A DNA stretch of 64,000 bases from Octopus sinensis (lineage: Eukaryota). The stretch spans positions 310,001 through 374,000 of the forward strand of contig NW_021833893.1 of NCBI RefSeq assembly GCF_006345805.1, in the 5' to 3' direction. This document shows positions 11,291-23,720 of this stretch, piece by piece. The notes beneath the pieces are model-generated. The model made no database searches, was not told the DNA's origin, and saw only the letters and a list, made by a program, of their open reading frames with translations. Within the stretch, counting starts at the first letter, position 1, and each line of letters starts with the position of its first letter. A program made the translations under genes and the position numbers.

Positions 11291-11590
11291 TCATTTGTAG
11301 CAGATGAGTTGGCAGAATTGTTAGAGCACCAGAAAAATGCTGGGCAATATTTGTCTTGTCCCTTTTCTCCCGACTAAGTCTGTACCAATTTACTATAATA
11401 TCCATTTTATGATATATAAGAATTTTCCAGCGATCATATTCAAATTAAAGGTTATTTTTGTACACGTACGCTTTACCATATCGCCAATTGTATTATAAAA
11501 AGTTGCCTACATTCAACAAGTATCATTTATGTATTATAGTTATTTTCTTATCAGATATCATTTTTGTGGTATATATTTTGGTTTTAATTA

Positions 11591-11780
11591 TTGTTTCCTG
11601 TCAACGTTGACAAGATGAGAGACCACCACTTATCATGGATCGTCAAGTACGGTGAGCTCGCTACTGGCCACTGCAACAGGGGGTCACCAAGAAAGCGTTA
11701 CAAGGACTGCCCGAAGCAGTCCCTTAGCATTTGTGACATTGATTATCGTGAGTGGTCCACTCTAATAGCTGTTGTTTCCT
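11591..11780 (+). mobile_element. RTE-clade LINE C-terminal fragment
   Basis: MRDHHLSWIVKYGELATGHCNRGSPRKRYKDCPKQSL resembles the RTE/BovB-type C-terminal motif (LPK.VLYGEL..G.R.RG.P.KRYKD.LK). Confidence 0.75.
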
Positions 11781-13562
11781 CCTTTGAGATCTCACGCAGT
11801 GCGTCTCTTTAAGATAAAGGTCAGAGGTGAAAAAGTAATGTAGTTGCATCATCAGACACTAAACAACCATATTCCTGTCATCACTGCCATCGGATATGTC
11901 GATCCCACATCGACCTTATCAGCCACGAAAGAGCGTGCAGATGAAGCGATGTCAAGAAGGAATTATTGCTTACTACTTTACTGGTTTTTGTGATCTTACT
12001 GTTTCCTTTTATCCTGAAATTCTGTTACTACTGTGTAGTTGTAAATCCTTTCTTCATAGTTTGCTCATTCTATTTTCAACAGTCTTTATATGATTTCAGA
12101 AATACGTCAAATTCAATTGTTTCTGTTTCGTAATTGAATTTTATGTGCTCTAAACTGCCTCCTATTTCTCATTTTATTTTATGCTTTTCGCATTATGCTT
12201 TGCACATAGTTTCCTTTATGTGTATATTGCCAGGATCTCATTCATCCTTTCCCCAAATTAAGATGTTGAAACCACATAACTATACAGGCTTGGAAATGTA
12301 TTAGTTGCATTTAGCGCATTTAGCGCTAACTTTACATACTATATTTTAATTAGCTTCATATTTTTTACTGAATTCTCTCACCTACTTCTTGGTTCTTGAG
12401 TTTCAGTTTCCGTTAATATTTCATCAATTCCTTTCTAGCTCAGTATTATCTTTCTCTTGACTGGTACATTTTAAATGCCAAATTTCATCCCTATGACCTA
12501 TGTCTTGAGCTAAACTTTTGGAGTTGAGATTCCATAAGTTAGTTGTATTCATCAAACTGTTTCAAGACCTTTGAATAGAAAAGGTAGCTTATTGACACTT
12601 ATCCTGAATTTTATCATCCTCTTAGCTGTTTGAAACATTTCTGAAAACAACTTTGCCTGACAAAAGAATGGAGAAGTTCCTGAATATTAATGCTAATTGC
12701 AATTGCTAATTTCTACTAACAGCCTTCCGATGGACGATAAAATGGCTGCCAGTATTTGACAAAGAACTGCTTAAGCCGCCAAACCACACAACCCCCTACA
12801 ACGAATATTCTTGTACCAAATTAAGAATTTAACTTATGTATAACATAAAATATTAGACTTGTTTTAGTCATATCTGTTTTGTTCTTTGAATTTTAAAGAT
12901 CTGGTTGTATTGCTTTAACTGCAAATTAATTTTTTCTGTGTATCGAGATTATCATTTTCTGTGTTATCATTTCTGAGTTGTCATATTAATTAGGTATGGT
13001 AGACTCGTTTCTTTTATCTTAGTCTACTATGTTGAGAACATTCAACTAAGGTGTCCCGTCTGAGAACATATTCCAGCCTTCATCTTAGAAATTACTAAGA
13101 CACGGCGGTGGGTCAATTGCTGATGTGCTTCTTCATCTGAACAATTTCCACTTTATTATAGTAATTTTCTTAACTATTTATAATATATTATGCTTTATAT
13201 CTATTCATGATACTTTTCGTTTATTTTGTATATTGTGGTTTGGTTTTGTGTAGGATTAACAGTAGATGAGGACATGATATTTCTTCTCTAGCAAAGGTTT
13301 GATTGGCTTCTTCCAGTTCGACCTGAAGAAAAGGCTAGAAATGAAAAGATAAGTATTAGCCTGCAGATTGTTTTATGAAAGGGGAGCGAAAGCGGCTCGA
13401 CAAGTGATGCTAGTTGGTTATAGATAGACAGTAAGAAACCGGGAGACGGTGATTTTACCATTCAAACACTTGATTTATTCGGAGATTCGCGTAGCTGCTT
13501 CAAATTTGTCTGTGTACTTTATCTCTTGAGTTCTGGTGGCCTATGAAAGAAATTGCCTTTGT

Positions 13563-13565
13563 GGT

Positions 13566-13627
<62 letters not shown>

Positions 13628-13639
13628 TACTACTACTAC

Positions 13640-13671
<32 letters not shown>

Positions 13672-13710
13672 TTTCTTTTTCTTCTTCTTCTTCTTCTTCT
13701 TCTTCTTCTA
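13563..13710. repeat. Compound (ACT)n-(TTC)n microsatellite
   Basis: Read directly from the sequence; it explains the homopolymeric ORFs at 13536-13869. Confidence 0.97.
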
Positions 13711-14514
13711 TTGTTGGTGTTGTTCTCTACTTCAGCTAAACGGGTATTGGAAGCTCATCGAGTCTGTATCTTTTGCATAGGGTCGCATCTGCTGATTTTA
13801 TTGTTTTATCCTGCTAGTAAGCAAATCAGACTTGTGACAGACTGGTTGACTGCTTTGTTGTTCGCCTAAGGGGGCATAAGTTTCAAAGAAAGAAAATATT
13901 TTTCAAATCGAACCAGAAGTTTTAAGCTGTATCTAATATAATTGTTCTTGGTATCCAGCTAGCAAGAGAGAAAGTAGGAGGTAATTTTGAAGGTGAAAGT
14001 GTTACTCTCTTCACACAGCACTAAGTCGCAGTAATGATCAACAAAAGTCGTCGCAACAGTAACAACACCACCGTTACCAGAAACAACAAATGCAGTAACA
14101 GAAGTAGAAACAATAGCAACAGCTACAGCCCCATTAACAGCAGTAGTAGTAGTAGCAGCAGCAGTAGCAACAACAAAAAATGCCCAATGGAAGGAATTGA
14201 AAAAAAGGAAATAAACAAACAAAATATCTAAAAAAAACCAGAAACAACTCAAAAAATACGCGAGAGATTTAAACGAAGCAACGATGCACCATCATCACCT
14301 CTAACAATGGCAGCACCAGGCATCATCACCATTAGAACAACGACGACGACTGCTATCACTACCACCAATACTATGGATATCACCACCAACATTCCAAACA
14401 AAGGCAAAACCTAATTCACACACACACATACACAATAAGCGGCATAACAAGGACGAAAATAACAGAAATCAAAGACAAAAGCATTAATGAATAATATGCA
14501 TCAATAAACACACA

Positions 14515-14660
14515 TCGAGGAATTTCGTCTGTCTTTTCGTTCTAAGTTCAAATTCCGCCCAGGTTGATTTTGCCCTTCATCGTTTCGGGGTCAATAAAAT
14601 ACGTACCAGCTGACTTACCCTTTTTCCGAACTTGCTGGACTTGTGGCAAAATTTGAAACC
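14515..14660 (+). mobile_element. SINE family A fragment
   Basis: gttctaagttcaaattccgcccaggttgattttgcccttcatcgtttcggggtcaataaaatacgtaccag. Confidence 0.75.
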
Positions 14661-15974
14661 ATACAAACACCACAACAAATAGCATATTTATGTACATAAA
14701 AATCCTCCAATAAACAGAAAACATGCACAATCTTTTAAAATTCAAATATTTCGATAAAGCAGGGACTAATGGAATCACTTTCGAGGGACTAATGGAATCA
14801 CTTACAACTAACCTAAAGTACGGAACACATGTCCGCCCACAAGAATAAAGTGACCTCTTCACTTTCCCCCTTTTATCAAAAATGGCCAGAATTACAATAG
14901 AAGGTGTGAATGCACGTCTCACTGAGTCACGCTGGAAGCAGGGCCACCGGCTTAACGCCCTCAGGTGTTAGTTATCGATGTGGTGGTCAACAGCGAGAAC
15001 AGAGCTTCCTATGCACGAGCTTTCACACCTACGGTAGATACGAGGTTGTTGCATGTCCAAGGCGGATTTGCTACGTTGTTTCGGTAAGATCTGGATTTCA
15101 CAATGCGAACCATCTTCTCGCTGCTAGGAGGTAATTCGTTGGTACTGGATCGGCATATCTTCTGACTTGTAGCCCTCTACACACCTTTAGAGTCAGGCGG
15201 CCATATTTCTTCTGGCATATTGAGTTCTTTAGGGGAACCATCCGCTTTTTGGCGCTTGTGTATGACTGAAACGTTATCGTTCATGCTTGATGGGATTGCT
15301 TAGTGTTAACCGATAGGAGAGAGATGTGCAATATGGTCGCAAAGCTGCTGACATTTCTGACATTCTCATAAATACTGAATTCCGGAATGTGCCAGTGTAG
15401 ACATGAACAAAATGGTTTACGGTAGCTTAAGAATTTTTTGCTAGCGCACAAAGATTACACAGATCGGATCAGCAAATTAGTTAAGTCGGCGTTGAGAGTG
15501 ACAATCATTAACACCTAATGGGCAATTGGAAATGAACTGATAAGAATTAGCAAAGAATAGCGATCGAGAAAACTAGAATAGGAGACCAAGTTAGAACCTT
15601 AGAAGTCTGTTAGAGCTAAGGCGCGCGCTCAACAACACGAAAAAATCTGAAACCGTTTCATGGATTCGAGTGGCAAAAGCACAGATGACAACAATGCTAC
15701 AAGTCGTTTTGGGGACTACGATGAACGTGTGTGATTCCATCCTAATCTGGTGTATGCAGTTTTTAAGCGAAACCAGGAGAGAACTTTAGCTTCTTTATTA
15801 AATTATCTTTTTGGAAATAATCTTGATAAAAGTTATATCTTTATATGCTATCCACTTCTTTGAACTTGTTTCATATTCTAATTGCTTTTATTAGTATCTG
15901 TGTATTTGAATGTATACACACACACACACACAAACACACACGCATCTATATATATACATATATATATATATAAT

Positions 15975-16032
<58 letters not shown>

Positions 16033-16146
16033 CGTGTGTGTGTGTATAACCGTTAATCCCTACACATTTGTTTCTCTCTCCGTTTTTTTGTTCTCTCTCC
16101 ATGTTGTTCTCTCATCTTCGTCTTTTACTTTTTGTAAATTTAAACT

Positions 16147-16264
<118 letters not shown>

Positions 16265-17540
16265 GCTATATTAGATATTTGTGTTTGTTTATTATATGAA
16301 ATAGAACATCTTAAGGATAAATATTCAATCCAAATTTGAAGGATATTTTTCATTTCCTCTGGAAGTATACACGTATGATCTTAGGTAGGAGTTGTCTAAA
16401 TTTTGCTCATTATTTTCTTGCTTTAGAATCTTTTTTCTGGCTTGAATACAATTCAATTTATAATATTTAAAAATTGAAGTCATGACGAAACAGACAGAAA
16501 TAGAGAAGTTACCTCTTATTTATATTGGAATTCAAACTTATGATTATTATGATCAAACGAATATATTTCACGAAGATTATGTCATTTTTATCCCTTTGTA
16601 TTTTACTATTTAGAGTAATGCCCAATATTTTACACGACTTCTGGTATCAATCGAAAAGTTTTTTTTGCTTGTGCCTGTATTCCTCACTAGAATGAGACCT
16701 AACTTACTTTTTTTTCACTTTTTTGTTCCCCTTACCTCAATAGAGTGTGACCCTTCATATGTTTAAGTAAACTATATATTACTGTTAGATTTTTGAAGTT
16801 TTATAGAGTATGCGAAAAAGAATTTAATCGTATTGTGTCCATAAAGATGTCTTACCTTGGTTCTATCAAAGTTATACGATTTTCTTCTTAAGGCAAGAAG
16901 AGAACGAAGATTAGAGAAAAGCGGTGGGTTCTCTTTGTGACTAACATATTAAACAGTCAACGTAAAAATCAGCTATGAAAATAAATACCCATAAACTACA
17001 GACATAATCTCTTACCAGCAATATATAAACCCTTGACTATGAAGTAAATTGTTCATCTTGAAATTAATAATACGTTGCACAGAGGCAGAAAAAGTTATTA
17101 GAAAAATTTATGGATGCGGGAAATTGGGTAAACCAAGAGCTTATCGCAAATTGTTACGAAAAACAAAACAAAAAACCGAAGAAACATAAAAGAAGTGTCG
17201 TAACTTAATTACTCTAATATCCATCAATGTAGGATGAGTTGGTGTGATCTTCACTGCTAGATATTAGATAACCGTACGTATCCAACTAACCCAAAGTCCA
17301 CTATATTAAAATAGAATACAATATAAACACTACGCGAAAAAAGAAAATCCTAATATTGCTGATCTCACAAAGATCATTTTTGAGGGAAAGCTTGTTTTCC
17401 CCCTACATTTCTAATTAGTTCTGGTGTTATTCAAATTTCTTCTGAATCAAATGGATTAATTCTACGAACAAAATATATAAGCTTGGATGAGAAAGTTAAC
17501 ACTATTTACCAGAGGTGAAACCCGGACTTAAAACCTATTA

Positions 17541-17578
<38 letters not shown>

Positions 17579-18299
17579 CATTTCCTGTTATGTTAAACAC
17601 AGATAGTAAGAGAGTTGCGACAGATCTGCTCTTTCAAATACATAGAAATAGATAAAACCGATAAAATAATGCAGAAGTAAAAGATAAATACAGGAAATAA
17701 CATAGAGATTGTAAAATTAGGGGATGGGAAATCTTCTCAATAGGTGCTTCTGGAGCTTAAAAAATAGACGCAGACAAATTCATAACGAAAATCTCAGGTC
17801 TTAAGCAGATATACAATACGCAGAAAATAACACTACTAAGTACTGTGCATATATTACATAGAATACTTTCATTACAATAGTAAAAATAGGGAAGCAAAAC
17901 AAAAGTGCGTATACCACACAAAGCTGTATCGGGATGTATAGTGAAAGCATACTATGAATATGTAACTACGAAACAATATCAAATTAATGCAGAAGAGCAC
18001 CTATTTTTTTTTAAATAATGCATTGACTATAACTAGTTTGATATTGATTGACTGGCTATATGAAAATTTTTGTCTGAACATTGTTATTGTTTCAAATAAA
18101 TTTATAAATTTACATACACGTATACATATATTTGATATATATTATATATGATATACATTATATATAACTATATCTATATATCTCTCTGTATATGTTTTAT
18201 ATATATTGATATTTATGTATGTATGGATTATTCATATATTTATATTTATGTATGTATCATATATATGTATTATGTATGTATATGTATATGTGTATATAA

Positions 18300-19996
18300 A
18301 AAACTTAGATAAAAACTTAGATATGTTTCGACCAGAGATTGGTCCAGGCCATGTCTAACTTAATAGCACCACCTGATAGGATTATTCGAATCCTGTTTAA
18401 GTCAAGTTTTGTTCAAGTAGTGAGTTCTTGTTGGGTGAGTTGTATCCAGTTTTGTTCAAGTAGTGAGTTCTTGTTGGGTGAGTTGTATCCAATTATGGGT
18501 GGCTTGTCTGGTATTCTTTGAAGGAATCTATCCAGACTCTGTTTGAAGTTGATGGGATCCTTTTCCTCTTTGATCTCCCTCGGGACAATGTTAAATAGGG
18601 CAGGGCCTGTTGAGGAAAAGAAATTATGTTGCAGTGTACATGTATGTTGTGATCTTGAATTTGGCAGGGGACGTATAGCCCGTGGTCCAAGTCTCGGATG
18701 AACCTTGAAGCTAATGTTTAGGTCGTTTGGGCAAAGTTGGCGGTATATTTTCCACATCGTACAAATGATGTACCGCTCACGGCGACGCTGGAGGGAGTAA
18801 AGTTTCAAGGCTTTAAGGCGATCCCAATAGTCGAGAGCAGCCATGCCTTCAATTTGTTTAGTGAGAGCCCTCTGGGGTGACTCAATTCTGGAAATGTTTT
18901 GTCTTGTGTGAGGAGACCACAGTGGGCAGCAGTATTCAAGGTGTGGCCGTACAAAGGATGAAAAAAGTGGTATGATGACACCTTGTTCTCTGGACCGGAA
19001 AGTTCTTAAGATCCAGGAACTCATCCTACGAGCTGTATCGACCTTCTTATTGATGTGTGCGCTCCAACTGAGATCGTCATCAACAATTACACCCAGGTCT
19101 CTGATATTGTTAGAGGCTGTGAGCGGTTCCCCTGAAGGAAGAGAGTATGGTTGCTTTAGTGAGGAATTTCTTCCAAAATGCATCAGCTCAAATTTTCCCT
19201 CATTCAGTTGCATTTTGTTTCTGTCTGCCCATTGACTCACAGCATATAGGTCAGACTGGAGTTGAGTTCGGTCTGCTTCTTCATTGACGATTTGCTGGAG
19301 CTTAGTGTCATCAGCGAATATTTTCACTTTGCAGTGATGTACGACACTGGAAAGGTCGTTTACATAAATTATGAAGAGTAGCGGACCCAAAACAGTTCCC
19401 TGGGGAACACCGCTGGTGACTTTTGCTGGGTTTGAGTGGACTCCATCAACTACAACATGTTGTGTTCTATTCTCTAGGAAATACTGAATCCAGTGTAGAA
19501 CTTTTCCACGGATTCCAACATTTGCCAATTTTGAGAGTAGGATGTTATGGTCTACCCTGTCGAACGCTTTACTGAAGTCAAGGTATATGACGTCAGAGTT
19601 CGAACCTGTTCCCAAGGCTTTGAGTACATCTTCAATGTGGTGTAAGAGCTGTGTTAGACAGTCCCTGCCACAGCGAAAGCCATGTTGATTTGAATTTAGG
19701 AGTTTGTGGGTCTCCAGGAAGTCAGCTATCCTTGATCTTAACACTCTTTCAAACACTTTAATGATGTGGGAGGTGAGTGAGATTGGGCGATAGTTGACTG
19801 CGAGGGATCTGTTTCCCTGTTTGAAAACCGGGATGACCGACTGGGATAGAAACTTTTTCGGTATATAACCTGCGTCTAACGAGTTTCTCCAGAGGTTGAT
19901 CAGAGGGACTGCAAGTTGATATCTACATTCCTTCAGGAGACTGGCGGGAAATCTATCAGGGCCTACAGCGGAGTAATGTTTGACCTCATTTATTGC
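18300..19996 (-). mobile_element. 5'-truncated CR1-group LINE with complete 3' end
   Basis: Open RT frame followed by a ~120-nt 3' UTR with short hairpins, ending in (ATCTAAGTTTTT)2. The 5' end is fused to (TA)n. Confidence 0.9.
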
Positions 19997-20032
19997 TATA
20001 TATATATATATATATATATTCAAAAGGAACAA
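18413..20032 (-). CDS. Reverse transcriptase (LINE ORF2, 5'-truncated; first ~12 aa come from the microsatellite)
   Basis: SAVGPDRFP, NYRPISLTSHIIKVFER, QHGFR, YLDFSKAFDRVDH, SGVPQGTVLGPLLF, FADDTK, RDLGV, RPHLEYCCPLWSP. No stops over 539 codons. Confidence 0.93.
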   Translation of the reverse strand: MFLLNIYIYIYIAINEVKHYSAVGPDRFPASLLKECRYQLAVPLINLWRNSLDAGYIPKKFLSQSVIPVFKQGNRSLAVNYRPISLTSHIIKVFERVLRSRIADFLETHKLLNSNQHGFRCGRDCLTQLLHHIEDVLKALGTGSNSDVIYLDFSKAFDRVDHNILLSKLANVGIRGKVLHWIQYFLENRTQHVVVDGVHSNPAKVTSGVPQGTVLGPLLFIIYVNDLSSVVHHCKVKIFADDTKLQQIVNEEADRTQLQSDLYAVSQWADRNKMQLNEGKFELMHFGRNSSLKQPYSLPSGEPLTASNNIRDLGVIVDDDLSWSAHINKKVDTARRMSSWILRTFRSREQGVIIPLFSSFVRPHLEYCCPLWSPHTRQNISRIESPQRALTKQIEGMAALDYWDRLKALKLYSLQRRRERYIICTMWKIYRQLCPNDLNISFKVHPRLGPRAIRPLPNSRSQHTCTLQHNFFSSTGPALFNIVPREIKEEKDPINFKQSLDRFLQRIPDKPPIIGYNSPNKNSLLEQNWIQLTQQELTT

Positions 20033-20151
20033 TTAAATTACACCATCTAGAAAATTACATATAATAGAAATATTAAAATTAAAATAGCAATAAAATACCA
20101 ATGATTAAGTAAATTGCAAAAAAATAATAAAAACGTATATAATTGGTAGAA

Positions 20152-20255
20152 TAACGACGCGTGTTTCGTGGCTATATTTAAGAAATGATTATAGTAAAAA
20201 GAATAATAGTAGTAGTAAAATCACTTCGATATGAATACAGCCACTCATCAGGTTA
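20152..20255 (-). ncRNA. Type I hammerhead ribozyme with canonical core
   Basis: taac-CTGATGA-GTGGCTGTATT...AATATAGCCAC-GAAAC-ACGC-GTC-gtta. Stem I is 4 bp and stem II is 11 bp including one G.U pair. The GUC triplet predicts cleavage between 20156 and 20155. Confidence 0.85.
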
Positions 20256-20390
20256 AAAATAAACTAGAATAATGAAATGATTAATTAATAAATATACTTT
20301 AATATATATATAATGCTAAATATACATTAAGTGAAAACTAAAACAATACTTAAATTATTAAATACTTTAAAATTAATTAATATACACAAT

Positions 20391-20432
<42 letters not shown>

Positions 20433-20897
20433 TCAGTGTACGATTTGAGCGTTTCAAGGTTGTGCTAATTTTCATAGTTTTCAATGAAAATGCACAGATA
20501 AGTTTTCAATTGATTTTTCCCTATGTATACATCGATGTATACATCAAACTGTGTGCAGTTTGACTTTTCATTGTTCGTGGATTTTATTCATTGCTTCAAT
20601 TAGCCGACGTTTCATGTTTGCCAAGATTTATATTATTGTTTTGACTCCGACCGAGCCAAGGTCCGAATTCACTATACTAAGTAAATAAATAAAAGAATAA
20701 ATAAATGTTTCAAAATTTGGTTCAAAGCCGGCAGTTTTAGTGTCACTAGCTTACGGGAACGCAAATAAACTAATACCGGTGGTCAAGTGTTATGTGTATA
20801 TAAATGTGTGTGTGTGTGCGTGCGTGTGTTTCTTTATGTGTGTGTGTGTTTGAGTGTGTGTGTGTGTGTGCGTATGTGTGTGCGTATGTGTGTGTGT

Positions 20898-20991
20898 TGA
20901 GACGTGTGGTTTAGTGGTTAGTGTGTTGCACTCATGACTGTAAGATTTTGGCTTCAATTCTCGCGATTTCAATTCTCGCGATTTCAATTCT
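20898..20991 (+). mobile_element. tRNA-derived SINE head fragment with a tandemly repeated B-box region
   Basis: gtggtttagtggttagtgtgttgcactcatgactgtaag followed by (ttcaattctcgcgat) x2.6 at 20953-20991. Confidence 0.55.
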
Positions 20992-21496
20992 TGGTGATGC
21001 GACCCACGGTTGCATTCAGAATAATAGGCGGAGGGAAAAAGAGTTTGATAAGAAACAGAATGGGGGGGGGGGGAAATTTCGTTCAGGTTTTTTTTGCTTT
21101 ATTATTATGTGATATCTTTTTGCTGAGTGAGAGAACATACAAAAGAATATTTCCACTCAATACATTATTTTTTCCTGTTTTGGATGCCCTAGTAGTTGCA
21201 GATAACTATTTCGTCCTTATTGGAACTTTCCGATGAAATACAACTTGGGATCATGAAACATTTAGGAATTATACATACAATCGATTTTCTTTTCTCCTTT
21301 TTTTTCTCTTACTCTCTTAACAGTGGAGAAAAGGAGTGAAGAGATATAGGAAAGGCGACGAAAGCCTCAGAGTCATTTAAAATTGCCATTAACATTATAC
21401 ACAATTCGATCGATATTTTCTATTTTCTTTACTTTTAACAGTAGTGGAGAGACGAAGAGGGAAAGAAATTGAGTGGTAGTCTTTGAAAGATCATAT

Positions 21497-21571
<75 letters not shown>

Positions 21572-21699
21572 GAGTTTGTGTGTGTGTGTAAGATATTTGA
21601 GGACAGATTTATGCTCATAAAAAAAGACATATAAAATAACAGATAATTACTTTATTTATTAAAAAATGCTATGAGGATAAAAATAAACCTTCTTTTCTA

Positions 21700-22200
21700 T
21701 AATGGTATTCAATAAAGCCACCTTCAGCTTCAACAACTGCTATGTTAGTGCAGAGTCATACTGAAACACATATGGCTTTTCATTGCATACACTGTCTATC
21801 CAGGGTTCAACAGTTGTTTCCAAAACCTCAATGTAGGCAGCAGAATTAACTCTAGGGCCTTGTGGAAAGACGTAAAGAGGTATCACATGTTCTTCATTGC
21901 TGACAACCCTTAAAGCCATAACAGTTGCAAACAATTTTGTAATTTTAAACTTCAGAAGGATCTGCACATAACCATCTCTCATTTCTTCTGTTAACTGTTT
22001 GATCTTGGTAGATGCTTTCCTCGTTTGAGAAAAACCAAATCAAATCTTCTTCTGCTGGATTCTTTTAGTTTGTTTAAGAACCTTTTAGACCTGATGTAAT
22101 GATCTTTTTTGCCTTTTCTGACAAATTGACCTTTCCTCATCATATAAGACATATATCTGAATCTACGTATTTTTTCGGACTCTACCTCCACGAATCTCAC
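21700..22200 (-). mobile_element. Tc1/mariner-superfamily (maT/DD37D-like) transposase remnant
   Basis: RYMSYMMRKGQF...RSKRFLNKLK, VMALRVVSNEEHV...VNSAAYIEVLETTVEPWI...YVFQYDSA, and terminal AVVEAEGGFIE. Confidence 0.75.
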
Positions 22201-22214
22201 TGGCTATTTTCACT

Positions 22215-22253
<39 letters not shown>

Positions 22254-22385
22254 GTTTATATAAATACAGACACATGTATGTATCTATGTATATATCAGCT
22301 GGTATGATAAATACATGTGTGTATACATCTGTGACAAGAAAGTGTGCAAAAACCGATACAGTATGTTCTCTCTTTCACACTTTCA

Positions 22386-22500
22386 CATACATACATACAT
22401 ACATACATACATACATACATACATACATACATACATACATACATACATACATACATACATACATACATACATGCATACATACATACAAATATGCATACAT
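22386..22500. repeat. (TACA)n microsatellite
   Basis: Read directly from the sequence. Confidence 0.97.
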
Positions 22501-23524
22501 ACATATTTACACATTTAATATATACTATATATAGTACAGGGAAATTTTGTCTTATGACGTAATGTAATAGGGATATGCAATAAGTTCTCTGGCTGGTTTA
22601 CTATAAAAAATCTGACTTTAACTGCGATTAAAACAAAAGTGTTGTTGTAGCTGTCTAGTAATGAATGGGTAACAGTGGTTTATCACTGAACGAATAAATT
22701 TGTTAGAAAGAGAGAATGAATGGTGAATTTATAATTCAAACATAATTGCGGAGTTGTTAGAGTGAATAAGGGATTAAGAAGTTGTGCATAAAGTGTCATA
22801 GAGCTGTTTCTAGAATAGCTGTGCGTATGCTGCATATCTCAAGGAGCCAACAGTTCCTTCTTCAAAGACGATGAGTTAAGGAATATTCTTAATAAAGAAT
22901 ATTAGTAGTTACTAATTCCATTGTCGAAGATAGAATGAAGCAGATTATGAGTGGAAGGACTGCAAGGAATAGAGGATAGTATAGAAGAAAGAGAGAGTCA
23001 TGAATGCATGAAAATAGATAGAAAGTAACTGGTATAGAGGAATATATATACATACACATACGCACATATAATATACACGTATACACACATATGCATGAAA
23101 GACCAGGGAATAATGAAGTGGGGAAGGCGTGGTTTAATGGTAAGGTATGAGGAAATCCATATACATGACAAAAACCCAATTGTAGTGGCACCGTCTAGTG
23201 CGAGTCAGAATTAACAGAAGCCACAAGGAGCGGGGCAGCGCTTGTGGGTTGCAAACACGATAGAGCCTTAAGACAATAACATAGTGATTCCAGAATGGTG
23301 TGTGCGTGGAGGGGAAGAAATAACTATACCGAGTTTTAGGAGGAAGCCTAATTGGATAAAGATGTAAATAGACCAGGAGTTAACTTCAACGGGTTATAAT
23401 GGTACCAGCTACAAAAATAATTTTGAAAGTGTAAGTTCATTGGGAGAGAATAAAATATTAAGTTATCACTAGATCGAATAAAGAGTGGTATGACGGGCAA
23501 GTGTAAAATAAAATAAGTATATTG

Positions 23525-23720
23525 GTTTCAAATTCTGGTACAAGGACTGCAATTTCGAGGGAAGAATAAGTCGTTCAGGTCGAACTCAGCTGGTACTTAT
23601 TCTATCAACCTCGAAAGGATAAGTCGAGACAGCTGGAATCTGAACTCAGAACGTAGAGACGGATGAAATGCTGGGAAGCATTTTGCCCGGCAAGTTAATG
23701 ATTCTGCCAGCTCGCCGTCT
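23525..23720 (-). mobile_element. SINE family A copy
   Basis: ctgaactcagaacgtagagacggatgaaatg...gattctgccagctcgccg on the plus strand. Confidence 0.8.

Noticed and set aside
13536-14252. ORFs rich in poly-Y/T/S/L/N
   Set aside because: Translations of trinucleotide microsatellites and low-complexity tracts.
14930-15640. Possible degraded LINE C-terminus on the minus strand (QIRLGHATTSYL)
   Set aside because: A single short motif among many stops; insufficient support.
18318-18350. gacc...ggtc-GAAAC in the CR1 3' UTR as half a hammerhead
   Set aside because: No CUGANGA upstream; better explained as the LINE 3' stem-loop.
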